A stretch of DNA of 64,000 nt, taken from NCBI GenBank assembly GCA_964016885.1, contig OZ024758.1, positions 14,074,001 to 14,138,000 of the forward strand, written 5' to 3'. Below the pieces are notes generated by a model that worked only from the letters and a program-made list of their open reading frames with translations, did not search any database and was not told the DNA's origin. Positions 33,001 through 45,480 of the stretch are shown piece after piece. The DNA comes from Eledone cirrhosa (Eukaryota). How positions within the stretch are numbered: the first letter of the stretch is position 1; each line of letters begins with the position of its first letter. The position numbers were made by a program, and so were the translations under genes.

Positions 33001-36000
33001 AACCACATGTCCAGCGATTCTTTCCTGAGACATTCTAACCACATGTCCAGTGATTCTTTCCTGAGTCATTCTAACCACATGTCCAGTGAGACATTCTAAC
33101 CACATGTCCAGTGATTCTTTCCTGAGACATTCTAACCACATGTCCAGTGATTCTTTCCTGAGACATTCTAACCACATGTCCAGTGATTCTTTCCTGAGTC
33201 ATTCTAACCACATGTCCAGTGAGATATTCTAACCACATGTCCAGTGATTCTTTCCTGAGTCATTCTAACCACATGTCCAGTGAGACATTCTAACCACATG
33301 TCCAGTGATTCTTTCCTGGGTCATTCTAACCACATGTCCAGTGAGACATTCTAACCACATGTCCAGTGATTCTTTCCTGAGTCATTCTAACCACATGTCC
33401 AGTGATTCTTTCCTGGGTCATTCTAACCACATGTCCAGTGAGACATTCTAACCACATGTCCAGTGAGACATTCTAACCACATGTCCAGCGATTCTTTCCT
33501 GAGACATTCTAACCACATGTCCAGTGATTTTTTTCCTGAGTCATTCTAACCACATGTCCAGTGAGATATTCTAACCACATGTCCGGTGATTCTTTCCTGA
33601 GACATTCTAACCACATGTCCAGTGATTCTTTCCTGGGTCATTCTAACCACATGTCCAGTGAGACATTCTAACCACATGTCCAGTGAGACATTCTAACCAC
33701 ATGTCCAGTGATTCTTTCCTGAGACATTCTAACCACATGTCCAGTGATTTTTTTCCTGAGTCATTCTAACCACATGTCCAGTGAGATATTCTAACCACAT
33801 GTCCGGTGATTCTTTCCTGAGACATTCTAACCACATGTCCAGTGATTCTTTCCTGAAACATTCTAACCACATGTCCAGTGATTCTTTCCTGAGTCATTCT
33901 AACCACATGCCCCTTGATTCTAGAGAGATGAAAGACTAAATACTGTAATATGATGAGACACACGATTTCTGCTATTCCATGACAAATTTCACAATAATAT
34001 TGTTTGACCAGTGTTATAATTATTTGAACTGGTTCAGTCTCCATTTACTTGTTTGCTGGTTTCAGACATTAGATTGCAGCCATGCTGAAAAGAGGAATGG
34101 ATTAGCTGCCAAATAACTATTTCATGGATCAGAAATTAATAATATACTGCAGGAAGTTCATTGTTTTTGGATAAGAAACTTAATCCTAATTCACTCACTT
34201 TTTTTATTTAGCTGGAAAAGTAGATATTACCCTTTAGCATTTACATTACTCCGTATTTACTATTGTATTTTCACGGTAAAGCTTTACCTCACATAATTAG
34301 CTCACATAATATCGAATCTATGAGATTTTGATATTATTTAGTTTGAGAACAATACCTTAACATAAGTATGAGTGGCCAATTACAGCCAGTTTCAACAGAA
34401 GGAGGTGAAAGAATTCTGGACAGATATGGCCGATTTAACTGCAATGGACTAACTCCTATCCTGATGTAGCTTTGTTGCTTACCTGTTTAATTCTAGAGAA
34501 ACTTGAATCTAGTAGTATCCCTATTGATATATGTGGTTGATGAAAGGATGTATACTGCTATGTATGAGCACCAGTACAAATATTTACATTACTCTATATT
34601 TACTATTATATCTATTGTCTATTACAGACTTCTATATATTTTACTAACACCTTTAGCAGATTGAAATGGTTGAGGAACCAAGCATTTTTGATAATCTTGA
34701 ATACTGAATCACGTTTGAAACTTAGTTATAATACATTAAAAAAAGACGATATTATATATAAACTGCATTAGGAGAAAATTAGAGACAGAAAATTAGTATG
34801 TTTATTTAAGCGATCGCCAACCAGAAGTGTTGACATTTCAGAAATTTTAAAGAAGTGAATCTTTAAATAAACGAAACATTTAATCAACAGCCACAAAATT
34901 TAGTGCATAAATTATGTAATATTCATTCATTATTTATTCAAAGTAATCCAACTTATTTTACTAATGGGATAAAAAATTATAAACCGTATGCAGTCCCGCG
35001 CTCCTTACTTTATTATAGTTTAGATGATGTGATAGTTTATTTGTCTGGAAAAAAAAATGACTTTAGAAAAGGCAACAGTGTTGGTGTGTTATCTTACAGT
35101 ATAATTGTTTAGTGATTATTTTTTCTCTGTACAACTTATCAGGGGTGTGTGTGTTACATTGTGAAACATTCAGTTTATTAGTAAGTGAGGGCAGATTTTC
35201 TCAACCATTACCACAGTCGTCATGCTGGTACACTCAGATATTTATGTAAACTATAAGGTAGCAAGTTGTACAATAAATATAATAATACTTGTGGATATTA
35301 CAGCTTAGCTAGAACAAACGAGATAGTAAGTAGTGTAAAATTACATACACATGTGCACCAGGTCCGAACACAGAGGAACCAAACTCCCACATGCATATTT
35401 TTGTCTTGTATATCTTATTTATTTTTAGCTGATTTTCTTGATGCTAGAGACCATGTGGTCATATGTTGTGTATGAGTCTATCTTCAGCCATCTCTTTTTA
35501 TTGGATTTAAGAATATTGGTGGTGGTGTTTAGGTTAACTTATTTTTCAATTTTACATTTTTGCAAAGTTTATAATAAGAATAATGAGATATTTTTGTTAA
35601 TGCAGGTCAAACATCAGCAACTAAGTGTTAAGAAAAAAGAAATTGAGAAATTGCTTCTAGTAGATAGATCAAAGGTTGAAGAATTAAGCGAAGAACTGAA
35701 AAAGATTCAAGAGCGAGAATCCCTTTTAGTGCAATATCCTGATTTAAATGGCCCTGTTCTGAGTGATAATTTATGTAAGTAGATAATTGATTTAAAAAAA
35801 TAATATACAATACATACATTTATATGTATACTGCTATGTATGAGCACCAGTACAAATATTTACATTACTCTATATTTACTATTATATCTATTGTCTATTA
35901 CAGACTTCTATATATTTTACTAACACCTCACTATCTGTTCTCTATTGTCTATTACAGGCAGCGGTCATCTAGAAAAGGAAATGTATTTCCAGTTGAAGTC

Positions 36001-36682
36001 CAATGTGACTCGTATTGAACTTTTAGAGAATCAAAACCTGGTTTTAAGGAATGCTTTAGAGAAAATTAATAGCAATTCCACCAGCCAAAGTGGTAACAAT
36101 TTGGTAAGTATAAGGACATATTCTTTATTGTTTTGTTGTCAACAACACTGTTAGCAACTTTTAACTTTGTCTTTCATCCTCACAGAGTTGATAAAATAAA
36201 GTACCAGTAATGCACTGGGGTAATTGCTGGCCTTGTGCCAAAAGTAGAAATAATTATTATAATGGTGGATATTATTATAATACATATGATGTATGGGAAA
36301 AAGCGGACGTAAAATGATGATGATGATGATATATAGGCAAGAATGGAAAAATAGATGTAAAAACGATGATCATGTTGATATATATAGAGGGATAGGCTGT
36401 AGTGTGCGGGAGAGAAGACTGTGTTGGTATGGACATGTGATGCGCATGGAGGATGATCGCTAGGTAAAGAAGTGCCAAGAAATCCTGGTGGAAGGAAGAC
36501 GCAGTCGAGGAAGACCACGAAAAAAAACATGGGTGGAGGTGGTGAGAGCAGACCTCAGATTGCTGAAGTTCATGAAGGAGATGACAAAGGACCTTGACGA
36601 ATGGAGAGATGTGCTTTATAAAAACCCGTCCCACTCTTGCAAGCAGGGAAAAGCGGACGTAAAATGATGATGATGATGATGA

Positions 36683-36726
<44 letters not shown>

Positions 36727-37487
36727 TATATCTCGTCATCCACAGGCATGCGTACCCTCAATGTAGTTCTTTGGGAGATTCAGCATTACACCGAACGTGA
36801 CAAGGCTGGCCCTTTGAATTACAGCTACAACTCACTTTTGCTAGCTGAGTGGATTGGAGAAACGTGAAATAAAGTGTCTTGCTCAAGGACACAACACGCC
36901 ACCAGGAATCAAATTCATGACCTTACGTTTGTCAGCCAAATACCTTAACCACACTCCTTCAAAGCGATGTTAAGCTGAAAATAATGACATCATCCAGTAA
37001 GACATTTAAATAAAAAATTTTGTATTTTGTAAAATATTTTAATTGTTATTTGCAGCTATTAACTCATTTGAGGGATTCTAAGAAAACAAAGAGTGACAGT
37101 GAAGTAAGTTTTCAAGATTCTGATATGGAGATATTTAAAAATGGAAGTGTATCAGATAGAAAACATAATTATCAACAATACAATCAACAAAACAGAGACA
37201 AACATTCTCATTTGATAAATAAAGAAGAAAATGACAGATCTATAATAGATTATTACCATAATGAGAATTTTGAAGATTACGACCCAGTATTGAAAAATAT
37301 TGTTAAAAATAACCAGGCATTAGACAGATCTCAATCTTCAAATATCAGTAATTTGAATCAAGCTCAGCAGTCTCCACAAACAAAAAGACCATCTAGCAGC
37401 ATTCAAATTGATAAAACGTTAAAACAACAAGGTAAAATACATGCCAGAAATCTAGAAGCAAAGTCTACAGGTAAAAAGAATTCGTAA
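23757..37487 (+). CDS. CCDC157: Coiled-coil domain-containing protein 157, spliced gene, ~746 aa
   Basis: N-terminus MAELLGSDVSLDSLKEDISD...PSWKYP...DLLIDR resembles CCDC157, as do the internal QTVETAFVPCESC and ERESLLVQYPDL motifs. Nine exons join in phase (2241 nt). The last exon could alternatively splice at 37470. Confidence 0.88.
24205..24462 (+). mobile_element. RTE-like LINE 3' end
   Basis: QLR..GHVVRMSQE and GRP...W motifs, (GAA)n tail; homologues at 31600-31800 and 53690-53880. Confidence 0.7.
25668..25860 (+). CDS. CCDC157: CCDC157 coding exon 2
   Basis: TTTTCAG acceptor, RMVYLLHAS...SVGLVARRSW, GTAAGT donor; phase consistent. Confidence 0.88.
26683..27143 (+). CDS. CCDC157: CCDC157 coding exon 3
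   Basis: TTCTTCAG acceptor, contains QTVETAFVPCESC; phase-2 GT donor at 27144. Confidence 0.85.
27845..28400 (-). mobile_element. Cluster of tRNA-derived SINE family A copies
   Basis: Repeated GAGTTCAAATCCCGCCGAGGTTAACTTTGCCTTTCATCCTTACGGGGTCGATAAAATAAAGTACCAGT body with (AAT)n tails. Many further copies, e.g. near 100, 7930, 20015-20495, 23060, 43160, 49000 and 51322. Confidence 0.85.
28960..29168 (+). CDS. CCDC157: CCDC157 coding exon 4
   Basis: TTACAG acceptor, coiled-coil ORF, GTAAAT donor. Confidence 0.82.
30397..30587 (+). CDS. CCDC157: CCDC157 coding exon 5
   Basis: TTTTAG acceptor, ELAREQAK coiled coil, GTTTGT donor. Confidence 0.82.
31259..31435 (+). CDS. CCDC157: CCDC157 coding exon 6
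   Basis: SMEKKQNLLLERVEKL..., phase 0 at both ends, GTAACA donor. Confidence 0.85.
31795..33910. repeat. 36/25-bp minisatellite with 864-bp higher-order repeat
   Basis: Unit CACATGTCCAGTGATTCTTTCCTGAGACATTCTAAC plus an 11-bp-deleted variant; identical ORFs recur at 32038 and 32902. Confidence 0.95.
35606..35774 (+). CDS. CCDC157: CCDC157 coding exon 7
   Basis: TGCAG acceptor, ERESLLVQYPDL, GTAAGT donor. Confidence 0.85.
35958..36103 (+). CDS. CCDC157: CCDC157 coding exon 8
   Basis: TTACAG acceptor, EMYFQLKSNVTRIELLENQN, GTAAGT donor. Confidence 0.85.
37056..37487 (+). CDS. CCDC157: CCDC157 coding exon 9 (probably terminal)
   Basis: TTTGCAG acceptor, in-frame low-complexity tail to TAA; a possible donor CAG|GTAAAA at 37471 leaves the 3' end uncertain. 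Confidence 0.7.
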   Translation, partial: LLTHLRDSKKTKSDSEVSFQDSDMEIFKNGSVSDRKHNYQQYNQQNRDKHSHLINKEENDRSIIDYYHNENFEDYDPVLKNIVKNNQALDRSQSSNISNLNQAQQSPQTKRPSSSIQIDKTLKQQGKIHARNLEAKSTGKKNS

Positions 37488-37809
37488 TTTTAACCTTTTT
37501 GATACCAAACTGCCTATGGTTCATCATCATCATCATCATCATCGTTTATCGTCCATCTTCCACGTTAGCATGGGTTGGACGGGTTTGTCCCACTTGAGGC
37601 ATAATTGGTCGGGTGACCGTGTCTTGCTCATACAGAACTGTTTCTGGCATGTTTTCTAAGGCTGGATGCCCTTCCTAACACCAACCATATTTACAGTGGT
37701 TCTATGATATAAATTTGTTTATTGTAAATATTGAGATTTTAAACTAAATTTAGTAAATAAAAATTTGTTGCTGTGTGAGATATGTATTTATTAATCACTG
37801 TTTAAGGGT

Positions 37810-38120
37810 TAGTCCTCCTCAGCGCCCTCACAGACAGGATGGAGAAGACATTGCCCCAGAGGATGGCAAGGGAGATGTGCTAGAACAGCCACTCCATTTC
37901 ATGAGGCTTGCACTTGCGGGTAGCCAATGTTGCCCCTATGTGGTCCAGGTGCCAAGAACACTAGATGTCTCCACTGCCGCAGGTTTGAGTTTGACAAGAA
38001 GCCAGACCACTTCATTGGGCTTAGTCCTGTAGGTAGCCAACTTTGTCCCGAAAGCTGTTAGTAAGGATGTGGTCCGGAGGCCAAGAACGCTGGAAGTCTC
38101 CACTGCCACAGGTTTGATCA
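37810..38120 (-). mobile_element. CRE-like non-LTR retrotransposon restriction-like endonuclease fragment
   Basis: KPVAVETSSVLG (duplicated) and WLF*HISLAILWGNVFSIL. Confidence 0.55.
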
Positions 38121-39840
38121 TAAACCTATCAGAGAACGGCTGATACTTTGAAAATCTTCCATTATAATTTCATGTAAGAACCTTTGTTAAGTTGTGCTCC
38201 AAACACTAGCTTAATAATGAGAAAGTTATATTACTAAATCTCTTCAGATGATTTGAAAACTATAGGCAGTGTGTTTTATTAGAAATATGGCAATGAAAGG
38301 AGTTATAAGCTGTTTTAAATTTATAATTTATGTTCATTTGTGAATGATGTAATACAGCTTTATATATTTATTGTAGTAAAAATGATAATATAATGAAAAT
38401 TATTGTGTACAGAGCTCAGGTGCACTACAACTCATCAAAGGTGCATGTATAGTACATAGAATAATAATATACAAATGTACAGTATTAGTCTGCTGTATGG
38501 CTGTAAGAAATATAGTGTTGTTAATGTTAAGATAGGGGTTTAGATTAGTTGTACGGTGACATTAGTCTTTCTGATCTAGCAACAATACAAGTAAATAGAG
38601 AAGGAGAATCATCTTGTGGTGTGGTGCCATTTTAACTAGAAATTAGTTGACTGGGGTTAAATATACACCATCCAGAATGCATGACTGGTAAAACACCTGA
38701 ACGGTAACAGGAAAGAGAGCATCAGCATCGTTACTCAAACTGGTTAACTTTGTCCACAGTAATGTTTTTGTGGTCTTGTCCACAGGGCGCAGCCCCCCTA
38801 GGCCTTGAGCCCATCACCCTCCCCATTCTTCTGTGACCCTAGAGCCATTGCTTTTCCCTTTTTCTGTTTTCATAACCACAAAAGACACTTGAAGTTTTTA
38901 TATATACATCGAGATCCTTGGTGCTATGCAGTTATACAGTAAACCCGCCTTCCCTTGCATACAAACTTAAACCTTCAGTCAGTAGGCACCTCGTAACCCA
39001 ATATACACCCCATCCCACACCTCTTACTCCATCCGTCCACTGTAAAGGGGTTGTGTAGGTGTCACAACAAAAAGCACCAATCCACACTGTAAAGTGGTCG
39101 TGTAGGAGACACGGTAAAAAGGCTCCCAGTCCACACTGTAAATGTGGTTGGTGTTAGGAAGGGCATCCAGCCGTAGAAAACCTGCCCTGAAACAGTTATG
39201 TACGCATGAGTCATGGTCACCCAACCAATCTTGCCTCAAGTGGGGCAAACCCGCCCAACCCATGCTAGCGTGGAAGATGGACGTTAAACGATGATGATGT
39301 TGATGATTGTTTTAGTTGAATATTGCTCCATCATCAAGTTATTCTTCAATATACTTTCAAATATCTTTCAATAAATTCCACATATTTCAAGTCATAAGTT
39401 ACAATTAATGGTGGTATTGTCACAGTGATATGATGCAATGAAATGTGTCTCACTTAACAAGCTACTTATATGTCACAGGCAGTAATGTAGATGGTAGAAA
39501 GCACCAGGACCTCCAAGAGAAATTTTGCAAGGTGGTACAAGACCCCTTTGGGGCTTGAAGCAGGCAAAGATTTTTCTCAAAATGGATGTTTTATGGTTGC
39601 TGTGGGGCCTTCTTGCTCTTGGGCCCTGGAACAAAGTATTAGTTGGATCCCCCTCTCAAAGGCCCTGGATGGCAATAACCCACGACTTTTCAATAGTGCT
39701 CACTCAGGTTTAGAAAATGTAGATTATAAAAGAATGTCCTGACATATGTTCCTTGAATTAGAGTGTTCACCAAGAATATTCTGAAACAGGGCCTGGCTGG
39801 TGGGGGCGATAGCTAAATGCTTGTTTTCTCTTCAATGGAT

Positions 39841-40728
39841 GTGGGGTCTCAAGGATTAAGCTAGGTCTCTGGTCACAGGTCTGCTCATGTGAAGTGGGGT
39901 CCCAAGAACCTAGCTACGTCCCTGGTCACAGGTCTGCTCATGAGAATTAGGGTCTCAAGGACTAAGCTAGGTTTCTGGTCACAGGTCTGCTCATGAGAAT
40001 TAGGGTCTCAAGGACCTAGCTAGGTCTCTGGTCACAGGTCTGCTCATGAGAATTAGGGTCTCAACGACCTAGCTACGTCCCTGGTCACAGGTCTGCTCAT
40101 GAGAATTAGGGTCTCAAGGACCTAGCTAGGTCTCTGGTCACAGGTCTGCTCATGAGAATTAGGGTTTCAAGGACCTAGCTAGGTCTCTGGTCACAGGTCT
40201 GCTCATGAGAATTAGGGTCTCAAGGACTAAGCTAGGTCTCTGGTTACAGGTCTGCTCATGAGAAGTGGGGTCTCAAGAACCTAGCTACGTCCCTGGTCAC
40301 AGGTCTGCTCATGAGAATTAGGGTCTCAAGGACTAAGCTAGGTCTCTGGTCACAGGTCTGCTCATGAGAAGTGGGGTCTCAAGGACCTAGCTACGTCCCT
40401 GGTCACAGTTCTGCTCATGGGAAGTGGGGTCTCAAGGACTAAGCTAGGTCTCTGGTCACAGGTCTGCTCATGAGAATTAGGGTCTCAAGGACCTAGCTAG
40501 GTCTCTGGTCACAGTTCTGCTCATGAGAATTAGGGTCTCAAGGACCTAGCTAGGTCTCTGGTCACAGGTCTGCTTATGAGAATTAGGGTCTCAAGGACCT
40601 AGCTAGGTCTCTGGTCACAGGTCTGCTCATGAGAATTAGGGTCTCAAGGACCTAGCTAGGTCTCTGGTCACAGGTTTGCTCATGAGAATTAGGGTCTCAA
40701 GGACCTAGTTAGGTCTCTGGTCACAGGT
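39841..40728. repeat. 53-bp minisatellite, ~16-17 diverged copies
   Basis: Unit GGTCTCAAGGACCTAGCTAGGTCTCTGGTCACAGGTCTGCTCATGAGAATTAG. Confidence 0.95.
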
Positions 40729-41689
40729 TGCTTAAGCAAGATGTGATTAGAGCTACACTCCACCATTACTAACAACTTAACCATTTGTTTTAACGTTGAT
40801 ATATATAGAATGTTTTGCTGATTAGTTTAAAATAAACACTTAACTTTCCTTTCTTTTTTCTCACGTTAAAACTCTCTTTTACTAGACAGATCGCATGTAA
40901 AAAGAACGCCTCCAAGCAGCACACACGTGTGTAAAAACTGTGATAAAATGTACTTATTGGAAAGAGAACTGACAATTCATTATCTTTATTGTAAAAGCTG
41001 ATTAAGAAATAATTAGCGACTTTGTTCAGTCTAATTTATAAAACCCATGTTTTTGTTCTTTTTGTTTGTGGATAAAAGACTAAGGGAGATAATTCTTCCA
41101 TCAATCCTTTCACTAGTCATATTTTTTTAATGCACTTCTAATAAAAATAAGTAAATCAAATAAAAATAAAATTCCATCTCGTGTTATTTTTTACACTTTT
41201 CCTACATTCTTTTACGTTCTCTACGTCTCTTTCTACGCTTCCTCTTATCCCTCTCCCCCTCTCTCTCTCTCAATACCACCTGATTTTGTTACCCGGAGAT
41301 TAACCCATTTGCATTGTTGACTTCCAAAACGACTATTTTTAAAAATAAAATTATTTAATTTGATCTTTTTCCAAATAAAATTGACATCTTCCCAGAGCGA
41401 GGAAGAGCAAGCACATGTTAAACAGTTGAAACACAGAAAAGAAAAATAATAATTTTATAACTATTTTGGATAATTCACCTAGAAATTTGGCACAAATGTT
41501 TCATTAGTTTCTAAATAAAACCACTTTTGAGTATGAAACAAATTCAGTCAAGTAAGGCAGCCTTAAATAATACTCCTACTGCTGATACAGTGCCAGACAG
41601 AAAGACTCAATTCTTATATAAGCTCACACAGATATGTAGGAATAAGTTTTAATTTTGAAGACTATATTCAGTCATTTGTAATTTTGATC

Positions 41690-42064
41690 TATTCTCGGGT
41701 CCCAAATAAGAGAGGGGTGAGGAATAAACAGGGTAGAGGGTTTAAAAAATCGGTAAATTTTCTAGGTTGTCTCTGTTGATTTTTTTTAAAAACCAGAATT
41801 AGTCGTTTAGTTTACATATTGAGACCACAACTCCTCATTCTATTTATTTTATAACGTATGAGATTTTTAGTAATGTACTTTTTTTGTCATGTATGTCTTT
41901 TAATGTCTACTAAAGAAAATTAATTGTTGCAGGAATATTACCACTTAGAATAAAATTTTACCGGAGATAGATTAGCAAAATTTGATAAGCAGGGTGTGTT
42001 GGTGGATTAAGAGCAGAGTGGGGTTAGAAGAAATCTGAAAAATTAATTCGAGACCCGAGAATAG
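41690..42064. mobile_element. TA-flanked MITE family (also ~15668-16025 and partial 25270-25582)
   Basis: TATTCTCGGGTCCC ... CGAGACCCGAGAATA termini; shared internal CAGAATTAGTCGTTTAGTTTACAT. Confidence 0.65.
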
Positions 42065-42236
42065 TCAATCACACAACCTTCATTGTATGATTATAACCTC
42101 CACACTCGAGTTTTTTTCTACATGTTATAAAATTGTTTACAATAACAACAACAACAAATATAGAATCCATTACTCTTCACATATCTTGGAATGATCTCTC
42201 GATAATTCTTTCTGATATTGGCACAAGGCCAGCAAT

Positions 42237-42460
42237 TTAACCCTTTAGCATTTAAATCAGCCATATCCATCCAGAATTCTCTCTCTTTCTGTTCAAACCA
42301 GCTATAACCAGCCACTCATACTGATGTTAAGGTATTGTTCTCAAAATAAATAACATAAAAATCTCATAGATTCAATACTATGCGAGATAATTATGAGGTA
42401 AAGCCTTTACCACAAAAATACAATAGTATATAGAGAGTAATGTAAATGCTAAAGGGTTAA
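42237..42460. mobile_element. piggyBac-type MITE (representative of ~12 copies)
   Basis: TTAA CCCTTTAGCATTTA ... TAAATGCTAAAGGG TTAA. Related copies near 2455, 3212, 6752, 7383, 25964, 29958, 30600, 34228, 46728, 51050 and 52873. Confidence 0.85.
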
Positions 42461-43723
42461 AGGAAGGGAGGTTATATTGACTAGTATTTATCTGGTACTT
42501 TATTTGACCAAACCTGGAAGGATGAGTGGCAAAGTTGATCTCGGCAGGATTTGAACTAAGAAACACTGCAAGTCCTAATTAAACACTGCAACGCTCTACT
42601 GATTATACCAATCTATCATCCTCTCTTATTATTGATTATTGATAATGCTATTGAGATAGATAATAAATAAACACTCACTGTTGACAGTAAAACATAAAAA
42701 ATATTTACAATTATCTAAATTGAGAAGTGTTAAAAAATAATTACCTTAAGATATCTTTTTGTGTCTGTCATCATTGATTCCTCCAGTCTACCATTTTCCT
42801 GTGCCAAATTAGGAGGACAACTACTGCCAAGGTGGAACAGTTGATGCAGATATCGCCAGCTGTTCTTTGTGGCAACGTTTTTATCAACTTGTCTGTGGGG
42901 CACAGCAGATATATACTACCCAGCCAAAGGTGTAGAGTTTATCCCCATCCCTACTCTTTTTTAATTTAAAAAAAAAAATTCTTTTTCTTTCTGTCAATTT
43001 CGTAAATTATATTCTTAATATATTATCTAATAAAATCTGTTTTACTTTATAAATATTGAAAAAGAAAAATACTAAAAACTATTGACACATCTTCAGATCA
43101 TTTCAGTTTTTTCTTTCTATATATTTTCAGTGAAATAAGTTATTGGGTTGTTGTTAAAAATAATTGTTTCTACTTTAAGCACAAGGCCAGCAATTACCCA
43201 GTGCATTACTGGTACTTTATTTTATCGACCCCGTAAGGATGAAAGGCAAAGTCAACCTCGGTGGGATTTGAACTCAGATCGTAAAGGGACGTAACTATGC
43301 TGGAAAGCATGGCGTCCGACCCTCTACTGATACTGCCAATCCACCGCCCTTGTTAAAAATAATAATGAAATTATTGTGTACAATACTCAGGTACACTACA
43401 ATTCATCAAAGGTGCATGTATAGTACATAGAATAATGCACAAATGTCAGGAAAGTTAACAGTGTATGAGTCATTATATACATGTGTGTGTGGAGCAGGGA
43501 TATCAAGTGTAGTGTTGGCAAATTTCAGGAAGCATGGAGGTTGTTGTTCTTGAGTCATCCCTCTTTCAAAGGTGAAAGCATTCATTTTTCTAATGGCAAG
43601 AATATATGCAGCTTACCTCACCTGCATATTTGTAGATTTCTCCGCTACCTGGAGCAATTGTGTCAAACCATCGTTGAATTAATAGTCGATCATCTGTGAA
43701 GCTACTGATGTTCACAACACTGT

Positions 43724-44412
43724 GGATCATCGCACGAGCTGCTGCTTACTATGAGACAAGCAGGATTTTTATCAAGGGATCATCGCACGAGCTGCTGCTT
43801 ACTATGAGACAAGCAGGATTTTTATCAAGGGATCATCGCACGAGCTGCTGCTTACTATGAGACAAGCAGGATTTTTATCAAGGGATCATCGCACGAGCTG
43901 CTGCTTACTATGAGACAAGCAGGATTTTTATCAAGGGATCATCGCACGAGCTGCTGCTTACTATGAGACAAGCAGGATTTTTATCAAGGGATCATCGCAC
44001 GAGCTGCTGCTTACTATGAGACAAGCAGGATTTTTATCAAGGGATCATCGCACGAGCTGCTGCTTACTATGAGACAAGCAGGATTTTTATCAAGGGATCA
44101 TCGCACGAGCTGCTGCTTACTATGAGACAAGCAGGATTTTTATCAAGGGATCATCGCACGAGCTGCTGCTTACTATGAGACAAGCAGGATTTTTATCAAG
44201 GGATCATCGCACGAGCTGCTGCTTACTATGAGACAAGCAGGATTTTTATCAAGGGATCATCGCACGAGCTGCTGCTTACTATGAGACAAGCAGGATTTTT
44301 ATCAAGGGATCATCGCACGAGCTGCTGCTTACTATGAGACAAGCAGGATTTTTATCAAGGGATCATCGCACGAGCTGCTGCTTACTATGAGACAAGCAGG
44401 ATTTTTATCAAG
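43724..44412. repeat. 53-bp minisatellite, 13 identical copies
   Basis: Unit GGATCATCGCACGAGCTGCTGCTTACTATGAGACAAGCAGGATTTTTATCAAG. Confidence 0.97.
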
Positions 44413-44532
44413 GCTTACATCTCTAGATCCAACCTGTTCTGCTGGACTATCCTATGATAACATTGTCAGAGACACCTCATGGTGGGACTGATGTGAGTCA
44501 ACGGCCATCCGATAGTGTGTACATAAATATGT

Positions 44533-44740
44533 ATACGAAAGGGTGCTGAAAAGTTCCTGGCTTGATCGTTGCTACCACGGCCTAGTTGGAGACCAAACCT
44601 TCCAAGTTCTTTTTACAGGGATTAGGAATACTGATAGACTGCTTCAATAAGTGTGTGAATCTGAGAGAGGAATATATAGAATAAAATCATAATTAACTGA
44701 TCCTGCTGCATTTTCTTTTACTCAAAGTCCAGAACTTCAT
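44533..44740. mobile_element. Mariner-derived non-autonomous fragment
   Basis: TACGAAAGGGTGCTGAAAAGTTCCTGGC terminus plus a transposase C-terminal remnant (KCVNLREEYIE). Confidence 0.6.
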
Positions 44741-44799
44741 ATATTGGGTTATAGTGGGACCATTTGATGGTTTCTTCTTCCTGTCATCATTTCATTTTA

Positions 44800-45480
44800 C
44801 ATCCGCCTTTCCCTGCTTGCAAGGGTGGGACGGGTCCTATTCAGCATCTCTCCACTTGTCACGGTCCTTCGTCATCTCCACTGTGAGCTTCAGCGATCTG
44901 AGATCTGCTCTAACCACCTCCACCCATGTTTTTCGTGGTCTTCCTTCAACTGGCATTTCTTGGCACTTCTTCACCCATCGGTCATCTTCCATGCGCAATA
45001 CATGTCCATACCATCGCCGTCTCCTCTCCCGCACACTACAATTTATCCCTCTTAGACACAGTTTCTCTCTCAACACATCCATGCTCGGTCGTTCACACAC
45101 ATTGACATTGCACATCCAATGGAGCATGCCAGCCGTCGCATATCCTCTGCAGTTGCTGCCCATGTTTCACTACCATGCAGAATCGCGCACCTCACACAGG
45201 CATCATATAACTGGCCTTTCGTATGCAGGGAGAAACCCTTCTTCGTCAGCAGAGGAAGCAGCTCCCTAAACTTCTTCCAATCCATCCTTATTCTAGATAC
45301 TATGGCCTCGGAACACCCCCCTCCAATGCTAATCTGATCACCTAGGTACTGGAAGCTATCAACCACTTCTATAGCACCCACCTGCATTTGAAAAATGTGT
45401 CTATCTACTGCATACGTATTTCTCCCTACCTGTTAGTTTGCCTGCTATCCCACTACATCTCTTGTGTACAACATATGGTG
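44800..45480 (-). mobile_element. RTE-type LINE 3' fragment
   Basis: IEVVDSFQYLG, LHGSETW, RWYGHVLRMEDD and GRPRKTW; a related fragment lies at 36390-36680 (+). Confidence 0.85.

Noticed and set aside
31662-34044. Repetitive ORFs (MWLECLRKESLD / GHVVRMSQERIT)
   Set aside because: By-products of a 36-bp LINE-derived unit, repeatedly frameshifted by 25-bp units.
31795-44412. Tandem arrays as CRISPR-like loci
   Set aside because: No unique spacers, no cas genes, eukaryotic context.
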